The notes beneath the pieces are model-generated. The model saw nothing but the letters and a program-made list of their open reading frames with translations, searched no databases and was not told where the DNA came from. A stretch of 63,179 bases of DNA, filler included, from Phoronis australis (taxonomy: Eukaryota; Animalia; Phoronida): the NCBI GenBank assembly GCA_002633005.1. It is 6 parts of 6 records of this genome, joined end to end, with 100 filler letters (N's around TTAATTAATTAA, not from the genome) between each part and the next. Parts side by side here need not be neighbours in the genome. Positions count along the whole stretch, not along the records: positions 13,158 to 25,041 come from NMRA01001673.1; positions 25,142 to 35,975 come from NMRA01000955.1; 4 more parts are not named here. The stretch is one strand, 5' to 3'. The position numbers were made by a program, and so were the translations under genes. Numbering within the stretch: the first letter of the stretch is position 1; every line of letters starts with the position of its first letter. Shown one piece after another: positions 13,471 through 26,775 of the stretch.

Positions 13471-14349
13471 TCTAACAAGTTCGCCTCTTACAGCAGGTCT
13501 TATTGTCCCTCGGGGTCCAAACAACCCTGTGTTATCTATAAACCCCAAGAAAAACTGCGTCTTATGTTGTGGATATGGCGTCCAAATTTGCTAAACTATC
13601 TTTTGGAAATTTTTTTTGTTGCAATTACAAGTTTAAATAAATCGTTAACCGGTTGTTAATTAAAAAGTGTTTAAATTGATACACAAGGATTTTTTTGTCT
13701 TAAGTGGTATTTTTTGTTCATTTCAAATAACGTTTTATCTATACCAGAAATCAGAATTGTTGTATTTCCTCTTTTGTACAAGTTCATTTTTGGGGGTCTT
13801 GTTGTACCCCTGGAAAAATGAATTCTTAAGTTGTGATTATAGTGTCTACAGTTACTAAGCTATCTTTTGAAAACAGAACTTTTGTCCCCACTTAAAAGTT
13901 GAAATAAATTGCTAATTGGCTGTTAATTAGCAGGCATCTTAATCAATAAACCCCAAGAATTCTCGCATCTTAACTAGCATCATTTTAATTTAAGTGGTGA
14001 ATCAGATTTGAATGAAATAAAATGGATTTTTGGGTCCCCTTTTGGACCACCCCAGGGACCTAAGCCCAGGATTGTGCAATGAAGACGCCCCTTTCCTTCA
14101 ATGGAAGGTGATTTACAATAAAATCATGCACTCAAACCTTTTGCACTCAAAAGTGTGAATAAAGTCTTGCTGGCTGGTCTTTTGGTTAGCATCACTTGTG
14201 CTGGAGTAAGTACTTAGTGTGCTGCTTCTGATAACCTAAAACGACTACCCACTACTCCTAAAACATAACTTAGACGGAAATTTTACAGCTATGAGAAAAA
14301 AAGACTAGGAAAAAGTAGGAAAAGTAGGAACGCTTGAAAGCCTGGTTTA

Positions 14350-15078
14350 AGAGATACAGCTATGGGCGTTAAACAAAACAAAACAACCACTAGGTGGCGC
14401 CAGAGTAGTCAACGTCGTCATCATCAACCGTCCTCTTCACACTGAGCACATTATAATGCCAATTTTCAAAACCATCCTTAGAATGATTTGGATGATAGAG
14501 AGGTAGATGCCAAAAAACACACTCGAAAACAGCAAAAATGGCCACTAGCTGGTGCAAAGTACCTTGATTCCATCCGAAAACGGGAGGATAGCGTCATCTC
14601 ACCAATAGATGCCCGTATTCAAAATTTTATGAAAATCTGTTGAGGAAATTTGAAGATACAGAGGTAAACGTAAAACTAAAATTGCCACCAGGAGGCATAC
14701 CAGTAGTCAGATCCATCCCAAAATCATTGTCGTCTGTTGTCAACATCATATAAACACGTCGAATCCATCTGAAAACCGGAGGATAGCATCATCTCACTAA
14801 TGAGTACTATATACCAAATTTTATGAAAATCCATTCAGGACTTATGAAGAAAAAGAGGTAAACATAAAAAACTAAAATTGCCACTAGAGGGCACATTTGT
14901 AATCTGATCCGTCCGAAAGTTTGCTCATGTCGCCCCATCCACGAAAGAAACACATGTGCTAAATTTCATGAACATACAACAAGGCGTTTTGTAGATAGAG
15001 CAGCGGACGCCGGATGCCGGACGGACGGACAGAGATGACGGCATAATGCGTCCACATATAAATACGTGAACGCATAAA
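14350..15078 (+). mobile_element. 5'-truncated HINE/Helentron-like element with internal ~145-195 bp repeats
   Basis: Diverged tandem subunits, (GGAC)n microsatellite at ~15018-15030, terminal hairpin ATGCGTCCAC-ATATAAATAC-GTGAACGCAT. Confidence 0.6.
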
Positions 15079-15310
15079 TATATCAAAATATTCCCCACGT
15101 TTCGAGCGATGTACTCTTTGTTGAGGTTATGATACAAACTGCTGTATACATGTAGATGGATAGAAATAAAATGGCAATACATTGTCTCATACAGCAGTTT
15201 AATATTGAACTATTTATAGATAGATTTTGCTATATATTTTCAAAACAATTACAGCCTCAAAGTAGGTCAGTGGTAGTACTAAGTGCACCCAAGCTCATCA
15301 TTGTACAAAC

Positions 15311-15475
15311 CTCAGGTTCAGAGTCTGACAGCAGACAGGGAACCAGGTTAGCATTCTGTCCTTTCAGCGGGAAGGTAAGATCAAACGCTTCCGTCAGTCG
15401 AAGTAGCCACTGATGCTGATCAGATGGATATTTTTTCCAAACAGCACCAATGTCTGCATGGAAGAATCGGCCATC
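15311..15475 (-). CDS. ROCO exon (COR)
   Basis: 165 nt; DGRFFHADIGAVWKKYP...LVPCLLSDSEPE. Confidence 0.9.
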
Positions 15476-18400
15476 CTGAAATACATTTAGCAATCAGAAA
15501 AGTAACAGCTGCCTTAAAGCACGCAGAAAGACATAAAGAGTACATCTACAATGAAGTGCACAATTTGTAACAATGTTGAGAGAGCTGGTCAGATTGCCAC
15601 GTAATATACGGCAAAGTCAGCTGGGAATAGTAGCAAGAATGCTGAAAAAAATTAAAGCACACCAACTAAATGTCACAACGTCTTATTCATCTAAGTTCAA
15701 CATCACATTCAATCAAACATTTTTCATTTTGCATGAGTGACTATTCAAGAGGAGCTAGGAGGAGGGCGTTTCAAATGCAGGTATTAATCTAGTCTGGCGT
15801 TTGCCTGCCAGCTAGCCTTTTGTCAGGTTGTTCCAAGACCCCACAACCGCTGACCCCCTCGACCCACGGCCCCTCGACCCACAACCCCCTCGACCCACCA
15901 CTTATAATACCCAATAGCTAAAACTAGGTCTGGTATCCTCTTAAATGAAGTGAAGGTATCCTACTTATCAAGCTTCATTGTTTACCGTTATTGGACTCTC
16001 AAACACATTAACAACGCAGGCCATCACATCAACTATCCATTGTGGGTTGACAACAACTTTAGATTTGAGGAACTGATTGGAAAATCGTTGAATTGTTCCA
16101 AGGTCATTCAGGAAGGTCACCGCATTTTTGAACTGCAACAAATTAAAGACATTAAATGAAACGGTGAAAACAGCGAATCAATTGTGTAGGATTAGTTAAC
16201 AAAAATAATAAGCATAAATTACAATAATTTAAACCCTTTACATGTTTATGTTTACCGTATTCGCCTAAGTAAGCACCAATACCTCTATACCCCCAATGCG
16301 TTTTCAGACTTCGCTAAAATAACCGCTCAGCCCATGAACGTTTATATATGCGAAAAATGCCTTACCTTCAGTACTAAAATTCTACAGAAACATCTTCAAT
16401 TTATCAATAATATCCGAAAGTCCTGAAAAAATCATTGTGCTCAGAATTTCTAGACCACGAGCCTTATCGCTATGGCAGTATTTGGCTGTGACTGTACACT
16501 TCAAACTTACACAGTGCTTCAAAAAGAACGCAAAAGTCGAAATCAAATTTTTATTCAAGAAGTCAATTGACTATCGTGAGACAGCAAAGCATCAGTCAGC
16601 AAGTTTTTGCATCAGTCAGCAAGTTTTTTCCAAAAAAAGGATCATTCTTTTAACCATGACATTTGATAGCAATGCAACACAACTCTGTGGAAAGCTTACA
16701 GATACGTCACAGCGTGTTAAGTTGATAAATCCTAGCTTCCGATTTCACCCGTTTCGGAGACCGGGTTTCAACTGCCTTAGGCTACAATAAGCGCCCCCCT
16801 TCCGAAACCAATTTTTCTAAGCACCCTGGGCGCTTATTAGGGCGAATACGGTAAAGAAAACATAATGTGCATTATATGAGTTAAGCCCAGAAAACGCTAG
16901 AAAGCACCTCTTGGCGTAATATTAACCTGAGGAATAAAAAATAAAAATACTAAATTTCTCAACAAAGTAAAAAAGGAGGCCTACCTTCCATTTCAGTCGA
17001 AGTTTAAAAATAATACAGCAATGAACATACAGTATCCTTCTCGCTAAACATTCAGAAGATTTAAATTGAAATATTCGAAAATCAGGGGAAACGGGGTATT
17101 AAACCAAGCCCTGTATGCTGACAAACAAAATGTTTTCAAGTTAAGGATGCACGTTTGTTTGAAAGATCAATTTGCTCACACAAATGACTTCAACATTTTT
17201 GCATACAAATACCACACATGCAAAAGTCAAAACAACCATTTCATATCTCCTTTAGTAAAAATGAGTACCTTAATATGGTAAAAGTGCTAATAAAACTAAC
17301 TGTTCGTCACCCAAATGATTGTGTTATATGTTTGTTTTGGGAGCAAAAAAACTCAAGACGGGTGTTCACTGTCTCTTCAAGAGAACTTGGAAGAGGGTGC
17401 TAAATTTGGTTGCTAGCTAAGGTAAGACACTGTAAGTTTACTTACCTCGGTTTCATCGATAATCCCCACTTCACTTGCCAAATTTTTCATGTCAGTGATG
17501 TCAATCAAGTTCAGTTTCTTCTGTTCACGCTCCCTGTCATTTAAAGTTTAAAGCTGATTATGAACCTGTCTTTGGTTAAAACATAACATTTGATTTAGAC
17601 AACTAACGGTTCTAAAACTGAAAATACTATGTTAAGATACTTTTTGGAACCAAATAATTGCACCTTGATGTCTGGTAAGTGTACAGCCGTTTCGTCCATA
17701 TCTCAAGGACTTCATTCACCACTGGGTGCGCTCTCTTTTGTTGTAGGATAAAATGATAAAACAGTACTTGGAATTCCCAAATGCTGTCCAAGAACATGCC
17801 AGAGATCTCCATCACCAGATCTCTAATTAGGACTTCAGTCACAACATTAAATCTACACCTAGAGAAGTGGAAGCATAGAGTACGAGAAGCAATTGAGATC
17901 CAAGTCCACAGGCCTAGTAAGAATTCAAATATTATTATAATATGATTTTGTACAGCAAACTCCGCCTTGATGTGACTGTGTGTTTATCATTATCATTTAC
18001 CCTTTTTAGCCACCCACAATAATTTTTTCTGGTAGTGGCCCACTTCAGCCGAAACAATATTCTTTCCAAATGTGTCTGAAAAATCTACAAAGTAATTTCA
18101 CTGACGGCCCAGGGAATGAAAGTTGGCATAGGGCTGTACGAAAAGAAAAGTATAACATCAGTTTGCTAACCACAATTTCATGACTTGACTACCCGTTTTT
18201 TTGCAATAGCTGGCTGTGGTCATGGAACAACAGGCCTAGGGAAAATCAACCAGGGGAAACATCGGAACAGGACAATATCGGTTCTGGGGAACATCAGGTC
18301 ATCACCACTGTGTCCGTCTCTGGCGCCGTGCTCTCTTTGATCCAACTTAAACATCCATTACAGGCCTTCGTTGTGCCCCTTTCGGCGCCTCCTTGGTCCT

Positions 18401-21400
18401 ATGTATTGCACCGGCCCCCTATTTGGATTCAAGGTGTCCTATTTTTTCTTGCGGGCCGTTTTTTCGTGTATGCGGAGGGAGGGTGGCCTGTTTTGTACTG
18501 GCCTTGGTGCGACGTCAAGTTGGTCGACTCAACGGCCTGGGTGACATCACTCCGTTGGCTTAATTTCACTCCCTCCAGCTTCTGTCGCGTATAACGGGCT
18601 TGTCGCCGCCAAACTTAATGATGCCTCATTAAAATTTGTTTACTCTTCCTTGAGTCACCTACTGGCCACTTTCCATGTTCTTCAATCAACTGTGAGGTTG
18701 CGTACAAGTTTTTACTATACTAAAACCGGAAAACACAACTTCAGAAGAAACTCTCAAGAGATATCGCAAAATTTTAGGAAATGGCGCGTACGCGCGTTTC
18801 ACGAGTATGCACTGTTTTCAAAACGACAACAGATTTTCCTTTGTTAGCGTTTATAGCTTTTTTTACCTCTATGAATGGCTGTAATGGGCAAAGTAAATGT
18901 CGGTTCATTCCCAGATTCTGATTGCACCACTGCATTTTGTTAGCTCTAAGTTTCACGATAAGGTGATTAGCTGAGCACCCGGTTTGTGTGAAATTACGGT
19001 GTTTAACGGAGCTCTACACACGGTTACCTAGCTGCAGTGTGGGTTGACGATAGTCTTCATACAGCTAGCTGGCTTTCTACCTCAGTATGTACATTTAAGA
19101 GAATCCCGCAGCTGCTTGAAGCTTTGATCATGGTCTCTTCAAGTAGTATTCCTGTCTCTTGCGATGAACACTCGGTTCACTCTTAGCTGCTACGGCTAGT
19201 AACGTAGAGCTGCCGTGAGAACTTAACAGGGACCTCAGGGGTCTCACGCTCCACTGGTTTATTTACAAGAGATAATGATACCTGCAGCTAACGCAGCAAA
19301 TAGAACTACTTTCGTTATCAAATTGGTGTAGACTTGTATTAGAACTGTTTTTTTTTCTGTTGAGCCCAGACCGTTCGGAATTGCACCTTATACCAACTCC
19401 GGACGGTCTCTCACAATTTATCATTATGGCTGCTCAGAATAAGCTTGAGGGAGCAGCGGTCAAAATTCCTGGCTAGTGCATACATTTAAAAATGCATGTT
19501 TTCCTTAAGTTGTAAGCGAAATATTCACGGCATTTTGTACAAGCTGTTAGAAAAATGACTATACATTGTTTTGATATAAGATGACTTTTAGAAGGCAACT
19601 TAGCTTCAGCCAGAGAAGTTTCAACTGCCATTCACTGTGGCGTTTTCTTGTTTGATTCTATAGCCCAACAAGTTTGGAAGATGACCCCCACAGCCAATAT
19701 CTTAAATGAATAATTAACTCCATTCTGGCATTTAGGGTTGGAGGGCCAGCTCTATTTTGTTCGTTAATTGCTCTAATCTTCAATAAGATCATATCCTGCC
19801 TGACTGGACTGTGCTATTGAAAATAAAAGTTTTCATTACATATTTGAACATAAACCAATGGCATTTCTGAATTTCTTTCAAATGCTGGTCATGTTTAGTT
19901 TTTGTATAGCCAAAATCGTCCAACTACAACTGACGTTATGACAATCTATTCTTTCCGAACATACAAATTCGCTCTAGGTTTGACTGTGTACACAGTGCAC
20001 ATAGTCTGTAATAAGCCTGGTAGATAATTGGCCTGCGTGTTGTCATACCAGACAAAACAGTTCACAAAGGAGCTAGATGTTATCACATACGCACAACCCT
20101 CTACGTCTAGTAAAGTCAATGAATGGGAGAACGCCATCATGAACAAGCTAGCACGATGCTGATAAGCGCTCACCATGTGCATCTCAACAGTGATAGAAGA
20201 GGTGGTCATTTTTTCAAATATTTCCACAAGGAGTGAGCAGCACAGTCAAGAAAATTGCATCTATAGTAAATTATAGCAGTAGTCAGATTTGTCCGAAGAT
20301 CAACGCCAGCCATGCTCTTCTTACTAGAATCAAAACTGGCAGAGCACAATAATGAAAATTTTTTCACTAGGAGGCGTGCAGGTATTTAGATCTGTCCAAG
20401 CTCTACTTAACTAAAATTATGTGATGACATTCCTTTCTTCACTCGAACATATTTGCCAAGATTCTTAAAGATCCATCAATGGGATATACTACAACAGACG
20501 CCTCACACCTGGATAGAGATGACAATATACAGATTATAAAAACTTGTGTTTGTCAACTTACTCAATGACTTTGTTGCGTAATTTCACCCAGACAGCAGGT
20601 ATTTGTTCACCCATGTAGGGTTGCTGTAGAGCCGTTTGAATCACATGTTCTTGAAGCTCATCTATATTCTGAGAAGGTAAGAAAACTAATGAAAGTCATG
20701 CGAGTATATAAGATGTCAAGCCATTATGAAATAAATTTAGGATAGCATATCTTGCCAAAGAGATGGAACTGCGCTCAGCTCATAAACTTTCAATACCTTA
20801 AATCCTAGAATGTTCCATGCAAGCCACTGACAGATGGATCAAGGACAAAACTTACAGTGCCACTCAACTCACAAATTAACTGTGACATTCTACAAAACAA
20901 CATAAATATTTGCTGACCTGAAATTCTGCCAATCCACAAGTTATATCACTGAAAGTATCTCAGACTATCTCTGTGTTATTCAAAAATCAAAGTCGTGACA
21001 TCCCATCTCATTTGTTATCACTTGTCTGTGATAGTAACATTATTACAAAGACATGCCTCATCTGATAATTTTGAGATGCCTTAACGCACACCTACATTGT
21101 TTAGCAAACATTTTGTGGTTGAATCTGTCAGGAAATGGAACCTTTTGACAGTGAAAATTGAGCAGACTGGGTGGTTTAGAACGTTCAAAATACCCTTCAT
21201 ATCATATCACACTCTTCAAACTAGCCTCTTTACATCCTCATCTGTATAATTCAGTCATTACTGATATTTAATAATCTAAATTGCATTTGTATTATTTTAT
21301 TAATATTTCATATTTCTTGTATTAAGTTACTTGCTTGAAAAGTATTATGTGATAGATAAGTTTTACACTTAACACATGACGTGTTTATCTTCTATCAAAT

Positions 21401-24400
21401 AAAGTTGTCAAAAAGCACTAGAAGGTTAAAATCACGACTGACTGTGTTTTTTGTTGGATAACTTCACAGTGCACACTTGCTCATATTTTAGGCTTTTTGA
21501 GCATCAAGTGTACAGTTATGAAGTAAATTGCTAATAGTCACGATAGACAAATGAACAAGTTCAACTTACTAGTCCAGTGAAGCAGCTGACATAGTGAAAT
21601 CCAGCAATTTGAGGGAAACGCTTCTTCAACTGTTTGACAGGCAAATCTGAACGAACAACCTGGTGAAGCAAAGATCATTCAATATCAACATTGCACAAAG
21701 TCTGGCATTTTCTCATGTAGATTACACTTAATTAAGCGGATTCTGTAGTTTACAAACAATGCCAAACCAGTGACAATCTGCTCAGGTTCAACTTTCTATT
21801 TTTCTGGTCTTAAAGGGGAACGCAGTCGATCTTGATGTTTGCTTGGAGATACATTTTTCTGAGTTAATTATTGTTGCCTGGATGTGTATTTTCTCACCAT
21901 CCAATAATCAAAAGTAACACGAAACGCCAAAATGTTTGCATCTTAGATCTGCATTCACTTCTATTACGAAAACATGAAAAACCACCACAAAATGTATTAA
22001 ACACTCAGCGAGTACCACATTGTGTTTACTCAATGGAATTAGAACCAAGATGAGGCCTCAAATGTAACATTCTGTTCTTCCATGGATAGAATATAGCCTC
22101 CAGAGGAACCGTAATCAACAAGAATTAAAATGGATCTCCAAGATGACCAGGGATTTTTGCTTTTCCTATACGCAGCATTGAAAATGGTTGACTTCCCTTT
22201 AACTTAACACAACTGTTGATGCACTATTTTTATTTCGGATTGCGTAGGGTTGCGTATTGTAACATTTGTAAATGTTTCTTTCTACGTTCCAGTACAATCC
22301 GGGCTTATTCTCATGAACTGCTACAGGTATACTAATGCTTATAACGCTAACAGTGACTTCATGGAGCACAGAGCCAATATCATTGTAAGTTTATACTGTC
22401 TATTTTTTACATATTACGTAGAGTTCACTATATTCAATGTGTGTCATATTGTACAAGACTGTTCAAGACACGTTGTATTACCGCGTATCTTTACTGTAAT
22501 ATGAACGTATTTCACGAGATTTATTATAATTCCATTATATTTGTTTCAGAGAAACCGACCTTGTCAGATTGACAGTACAACATTTTCTTAGATTGTAAAT
22601 AAATGTAATATATCTGATCACCCGTGAGTTCGAAGCCCATGGCTCCTACACCCACTTCCAGTTTTCAGTGCATTAAAAGTTTAAACTTTCACTTTTCAAG
22701 ACATATGGACACCTGCAGTGTTGGCAGCTCTATGCCTTTATCTGCAGTTGTTTTGCCAACAGAGAATTCATCATGAGATTGCAATCTGACCAGTCAAGTC
22801 AATAAACAACTGCATTAATTTCTCTGCATAGGAAACTATGGATATTCAAGTGTTGACAACATCAGGGGCTTACAAACAGGTTTAACATAACAACTACTGT
22901 AAGCATGCAGCTATGCTGGTAACCAATCTAATCACATGTCTGCATCTGACCACCATTCTCCTCGATATAGGGCAAAACAACAATCGGGTTCGTATTGTAC
23001 TGCTTGTCACTGAGAGTACCTTGTTCACTGATAGAGTTGTAAACCAGTCACACAAATTTCATATCATTTTGAAACAAGAGAGGATTGGAACACAACAGTC
23101 ATTCTGACGACTTGGATTTAAAGAGCTTTCACTTAGGACAAACGTTGCCAAGAGAACAAAATACGCAAAGATAAAGAGACATTTTCAAATAACTAATTTC
23201 AAGTGTTCCATTGTCATCTGCCAAAAATGATAGTAATGGTGAGGACAGTTTAGTCACAAAAGAAATTGTCCACAGCCAGAAGGCAGATCCGCCATGTAAT
23301 CCGGCATTACACATGCAGTAGATGAGATTATGGCCCAGAGTGATGAATAATTGTTAACTTTTAATCAACAAGGTATAAAATTATCATTTGCAGTAATATT
23401 GCCATTCAAGCTTCTTGAATGGCAGTCCACCTTGTAAGAAATTATGGCCCCTGTTCAACCACAATTTATGCCCCATGATTCAACCATGAACATCCGTCCT
23501 CAGTCAAGCATGCTGTTTTATGCAAGTGCAAAAATGAACACAGAAAATTTCTTTTTTCAAGTTTTGAATGCACTCAAATTCTTGAAATTACAGGGCTCTC
23601 GACGTCTATCTTTTCAGGTACGCTTGCTGACCAGTTCACCCACAACAATGACCCGACATTTGCACAGTCAGGCACCTTTGACAATTAGAAAGTAACTCAC
23701 CTGGTCAGCATGTGTACCCACAACCAGAATGGGTGCCTTGGGAGCATGACTGTTTATGGAGCTAAGCCAGAAGTCCAGACCAGCATGTTCAAAACCCAGT
23801 CGCATATTCCAGACAAGAAGGTAAACAGCTCGATCAGACAGAAAAAACTACAAAATTTACAAACAGTCATGACAAGTACCATAATGTAGTTAATGTAAGA
23901 CGGAAGCTTATCAGTACACTTACGTTTTTTAACCCAGAAGTTGTAAATTTAATTTAATGGAAACGTTATGTTATCTCTGAAATATCCAACAAACTGCAAA
24001 AACAGTCTTGCAACCACAATTATCATCTTTTTGAACTAGACTTAGTTTTATCTTTAGCAACATTAATAACGAATGGCACACCCAAAATGCAGTTAAAACG
24101 CAAGTTAAAATGCTACAAAATTTTATTCAAGTTAAAACCACAATTGATCATATCTTGACAAAAGCATCGAGGAAGGATGTGACTGTTCATATGATAGACC
24201 TGAAACATTTTAATGTAGCTCTACAACTCATGGTTTCTATTGCACGCGAAATGTTACATACTATATAATTCCAAATTTAAAAAGAATGCCATAACTTCAA
24301 ATTATTTGAAAATAAATTTTACTGCTGAGAAATATATTTTAAAGTTGAAAAATCCAAAATCCAAATGAAATAAAAAATTCTGGACACCGTGGGAATCAAT

Positions 24401-24907
24401 CTTTGCTGACTAAGTTATCAATTTCCTGATACATGTACATACTGCACACTTAAATTAATCTGAGTTGGTCCTGCACTGAGTGAGTGACGGTGTGTATAAT
24501 ATGTAGAACTTAATCAACACTATGGTTAATAATTTTGTAATGTTACATTTGAATGTCATTAACGCAACATTGTTGTTAACTAACTACCTGTAATATTATG
24601 TTTGAAGAATAAATGGTAAATAAATAATCTTATGGCATTTTTCTATAAACAAATTAAGGCTTACTTTTACATATCTTTAAGACCTTAACTAAATCTGATG
24701 ATTATCACAAGAAAATATAACTCTGTAGAAAATACCTGATGAGTATTATAGTACACAGTTTGTCCTGCAAAATCCCATACACTATAGGTAAGCTGTCCCT
24801 CTTCACCGTATGAGTCCAATCGAACAGACCATGTAGCAATGTCAATGCCATCTGTTACCCGAGGGACATCGTAATTTGTTCTTCGTCCAGTCAACTGGTC
24901 CACCAAG
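15311..24907 (-). CDS. ROCO-family protein (Roc GTPase + COR domain; LRRK/Roco-like), partial, 7 exons
   Basis: Seven GT-AG exons with matching phases give TDGIDI (switch I), VWDFAGQTVYYNTHQFFLS (G3), VVGTHAD (G4), VSC (G5), then COR motifs MGEQIPAVW, FLNDLG, VVVNPQW, LVPCLL. Both ends run into contig spacers. Confidence 0.92.
15986..16132 (-). CDS. ROCO exon (COR)
   Basis: 147 nt; FKNAVTFLNDLGTIQRFSNQFLKSKVVVNPQWIVDVMACVVNVFESPIT. Confidence 0.9.
16255..16851. mobile_element. TA-target MITE (Tc1/mariner-pogo type) in a ROCO intron
   Basis: TA|CCGTATTCGCCTAAGTAAGCACC ... GGGCGCTTATTAGGGCGAATACGG|TA: imperfect TIRs with TA duplication. Confidence 0.75.
17446..17533 (-). CDS. ROCO exon (COR)
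   Basis: 88 nt; EREQKKLNLIDITDMKNLASEVGIIDETE; phase matches neighbours. Confidence 0.85.
17678..17723 (-). ncRNA. Degenerate minimal type I hammerhead ribozyme-like motif (Penelope/retrozyme type)
   Basis: AGUG-GUGAAUGA-A-GUCC(uugagauau)GGAC-GAAA-C(ggcu)G-UA-CACU. Stems I, II and III and GAAA are present, but the core is GUGAAUGA instead of CUGANGA. Confidence 0.5.
20562..20668 (-). CDS. ROCO exon (Roc end / COR start)
   Basis: 107 nt; NIDELQEHVIQTALQQPYMGEQIPAVWVKLRNKVI; gtaagt donor. Confidence 0.9.
21570..21659 (-). CDS. ROCO exon (Roc G5)
   Basis: 90 nt; VVRSDLPVKQLKKRFPQIAGFHYVSCFTGL; gtaagt donor. Confidence 0.9.
23701..23847 (-). CDS. ROCO exon (Roc G4)
   Basis: 147 nt; FFLSDRAVYLLVWNMRLGFEHAGLDFWLSSINSHAPKAPILVVGTHADQ; gtgagt donor. 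Confidence 0.92.
24736..24907 (-). CDS. ROCO exon (Roc switch I/II)
   Basis: ttttag|C TTG GTG GAC...CAT CAG|gtattt; LVDQLTG...WDFAGQTVYYNTHQ. Confidence 0.92.
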
Positions 24908-25021
24908 CTAAAATGTGAAGAGCAGCAGAGTATTTTTCACGATGCCGTAATGCAATGCCTCACTAAAATCTTAGCACTAAAATTTTTACAAATTTTTTAA
25001 AATCAAATTTAATGATGCTCC

Positions 25022-25141
25022 TTTAAACCATATAGCAGATGNNNNNNNNNNNNNNNNNNNNNNNNNNNNNNNNNNNNNNNNNNNNTTAATTAATTAANNN
25101 NNNNNNNNNNNNNNNNNNNNNNNNNNNNNNNNNNNNNNNNN
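25022..25141. other. Artificial contig spacer
   Basis: Ns flanking TTAATTAATTAA. Confidence 0.95.
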
Positions 25142-26455
25142 GTCACTTTTTTCCTAAAATACTGTTACATGATTTTTAACAACCAGGAACGTCAGTGCAT
25201 TCATGAAGAACGACCAGGGTAATTGAGGGGTTTGTTGACTAATTTTGCCCGGAAATCCCTGCATGGTTGTCTGAAGTCGTAGATCAAGAGTCTCGCCAGG
25301 TGATTCCATAACAAACAAAAATGACAAAATGAAAATGAAGCAATGAAATTAGGCTACATCACTCAATCAGAACTCAGTCAAGCAGTCAACTGGAATTCAT
25401 AGTACAAAATCACACAGCCAGTCCAGTGAAATCTCGGGGTCACATGCCCCAACACAAGAACGGAATGGGAGTTGGCATTCTATGTTTAGAGTTCCATTAT
25501 GTACAACACAAATGCACAATCTGCAACTAGAGAACATCAGGTCAAAATGGGTGCTAACTCTAATGTTATTTTTGGACAAGTTTTGCTTATTTAAAGCTAA
25601 TTTTCATCATACATCCACTACTAGAATCAAGCTAACATATTGACACTGGGGTAGGTTTACATGAAATTAATTCTAAATTGATAGTTACAAGCAGTTTTCA
25701 TTGATTTTTTCCAACTTTTCATTACACCTTGCCCACAATCAACACCAGCTCAGAAGTGACACACTTTCAAAACAGCATATACATGCACTTCTGCCTTCTA
25801 AGATAAGATATGTGACCTGCGCCTGCCATTGGTCATTTGCTCATGATGGAACGTGGGTCCAAAGGAAAGTTGGTACCAAGGTTGTAAATGACAGCAGTTG
25901 TATGAGTAAGGTGGTAAAGTGAGTAAAGTGACTACAGTCTCACCGTGGAGGAGGACGCTGTCACTGCTGAGGATTATATTTCAAGTGAGTTACATTTTAA
26001 CATCTACTATTAAATGTCACTGTTTTTATATCATGCATGCATTGCTAATCAAAGATTTTTACATAGTAATAAATAGAATTGATTAACTTTAGTTTCGTAA
26101 ATATTTGGTAACTGCAAAGACTTGCTGTTTAGGTTAAGAACTTCAGGCCAATTATCACCGAAACTACAAACTTCCCTACTAGTAGTCCACCAAATTGTGT
26201 CCTCAATTCGTGGGATTTTAACTATCATTTTATACAATATATGAATATTACAATCGACATCCCAAATGATTCTAATATGCTGGACTTACAAAAATGGTGG
26301 TTGCAATTTGTTAGTCAGATGGATGAAAACGATTGCACTCTCAGGTACAAGTACACCTTGCAGTGCTCGACACAAGAGAAAATATTAACCGCTTGAAAAT
26401 TCGAGTGACGGCATATTTGCACTCGCATCACCACATTTGGTCTCGAACAAAAAAA

Positions 26456-26551
26456 TACGGACATGCGCATGGCACCTGTACGGACACGCGCATGGCACCT
26501 GTACGGACATGCGCATGGCACCTCTACGGACATGCGCATGGCACCCGTACG
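26456..26551. repeat. 23-bp minisatellite, 4 copies (TACGGACATGCGCATGGCACCTG)
   Basis: Directly visible; contains the palindrome CATGCGCATG. Confidence 0.92.
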
Positions 26552-26775
26552 AGTGAAATGAGTGAGGTCAACTTTACACTCGTATTATACCTTTCCACTT
26601 GTATTTCCAAGCGTTTAGTAGCCCATATCAAGTCCTAAATTGGACGATACCGGTATAAGAATGACAGAGGTAGGACAGATTGGCTTGAGTTCCTCTCCAA
26701 TTCAGGAATCACAGGCAGTTACAACATATTTAGAATTTTACTTTTCGAAAGTGACTACTTAGTAATTTCACACCC

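Noticed and set aside
25727-25975. Possible upstream ROCO exon (P-loop) on the minus strand
   Set aside because: The frames examined contain stops, there is no GxxxxGK[ST] motif, and it lies across a synthetic join.
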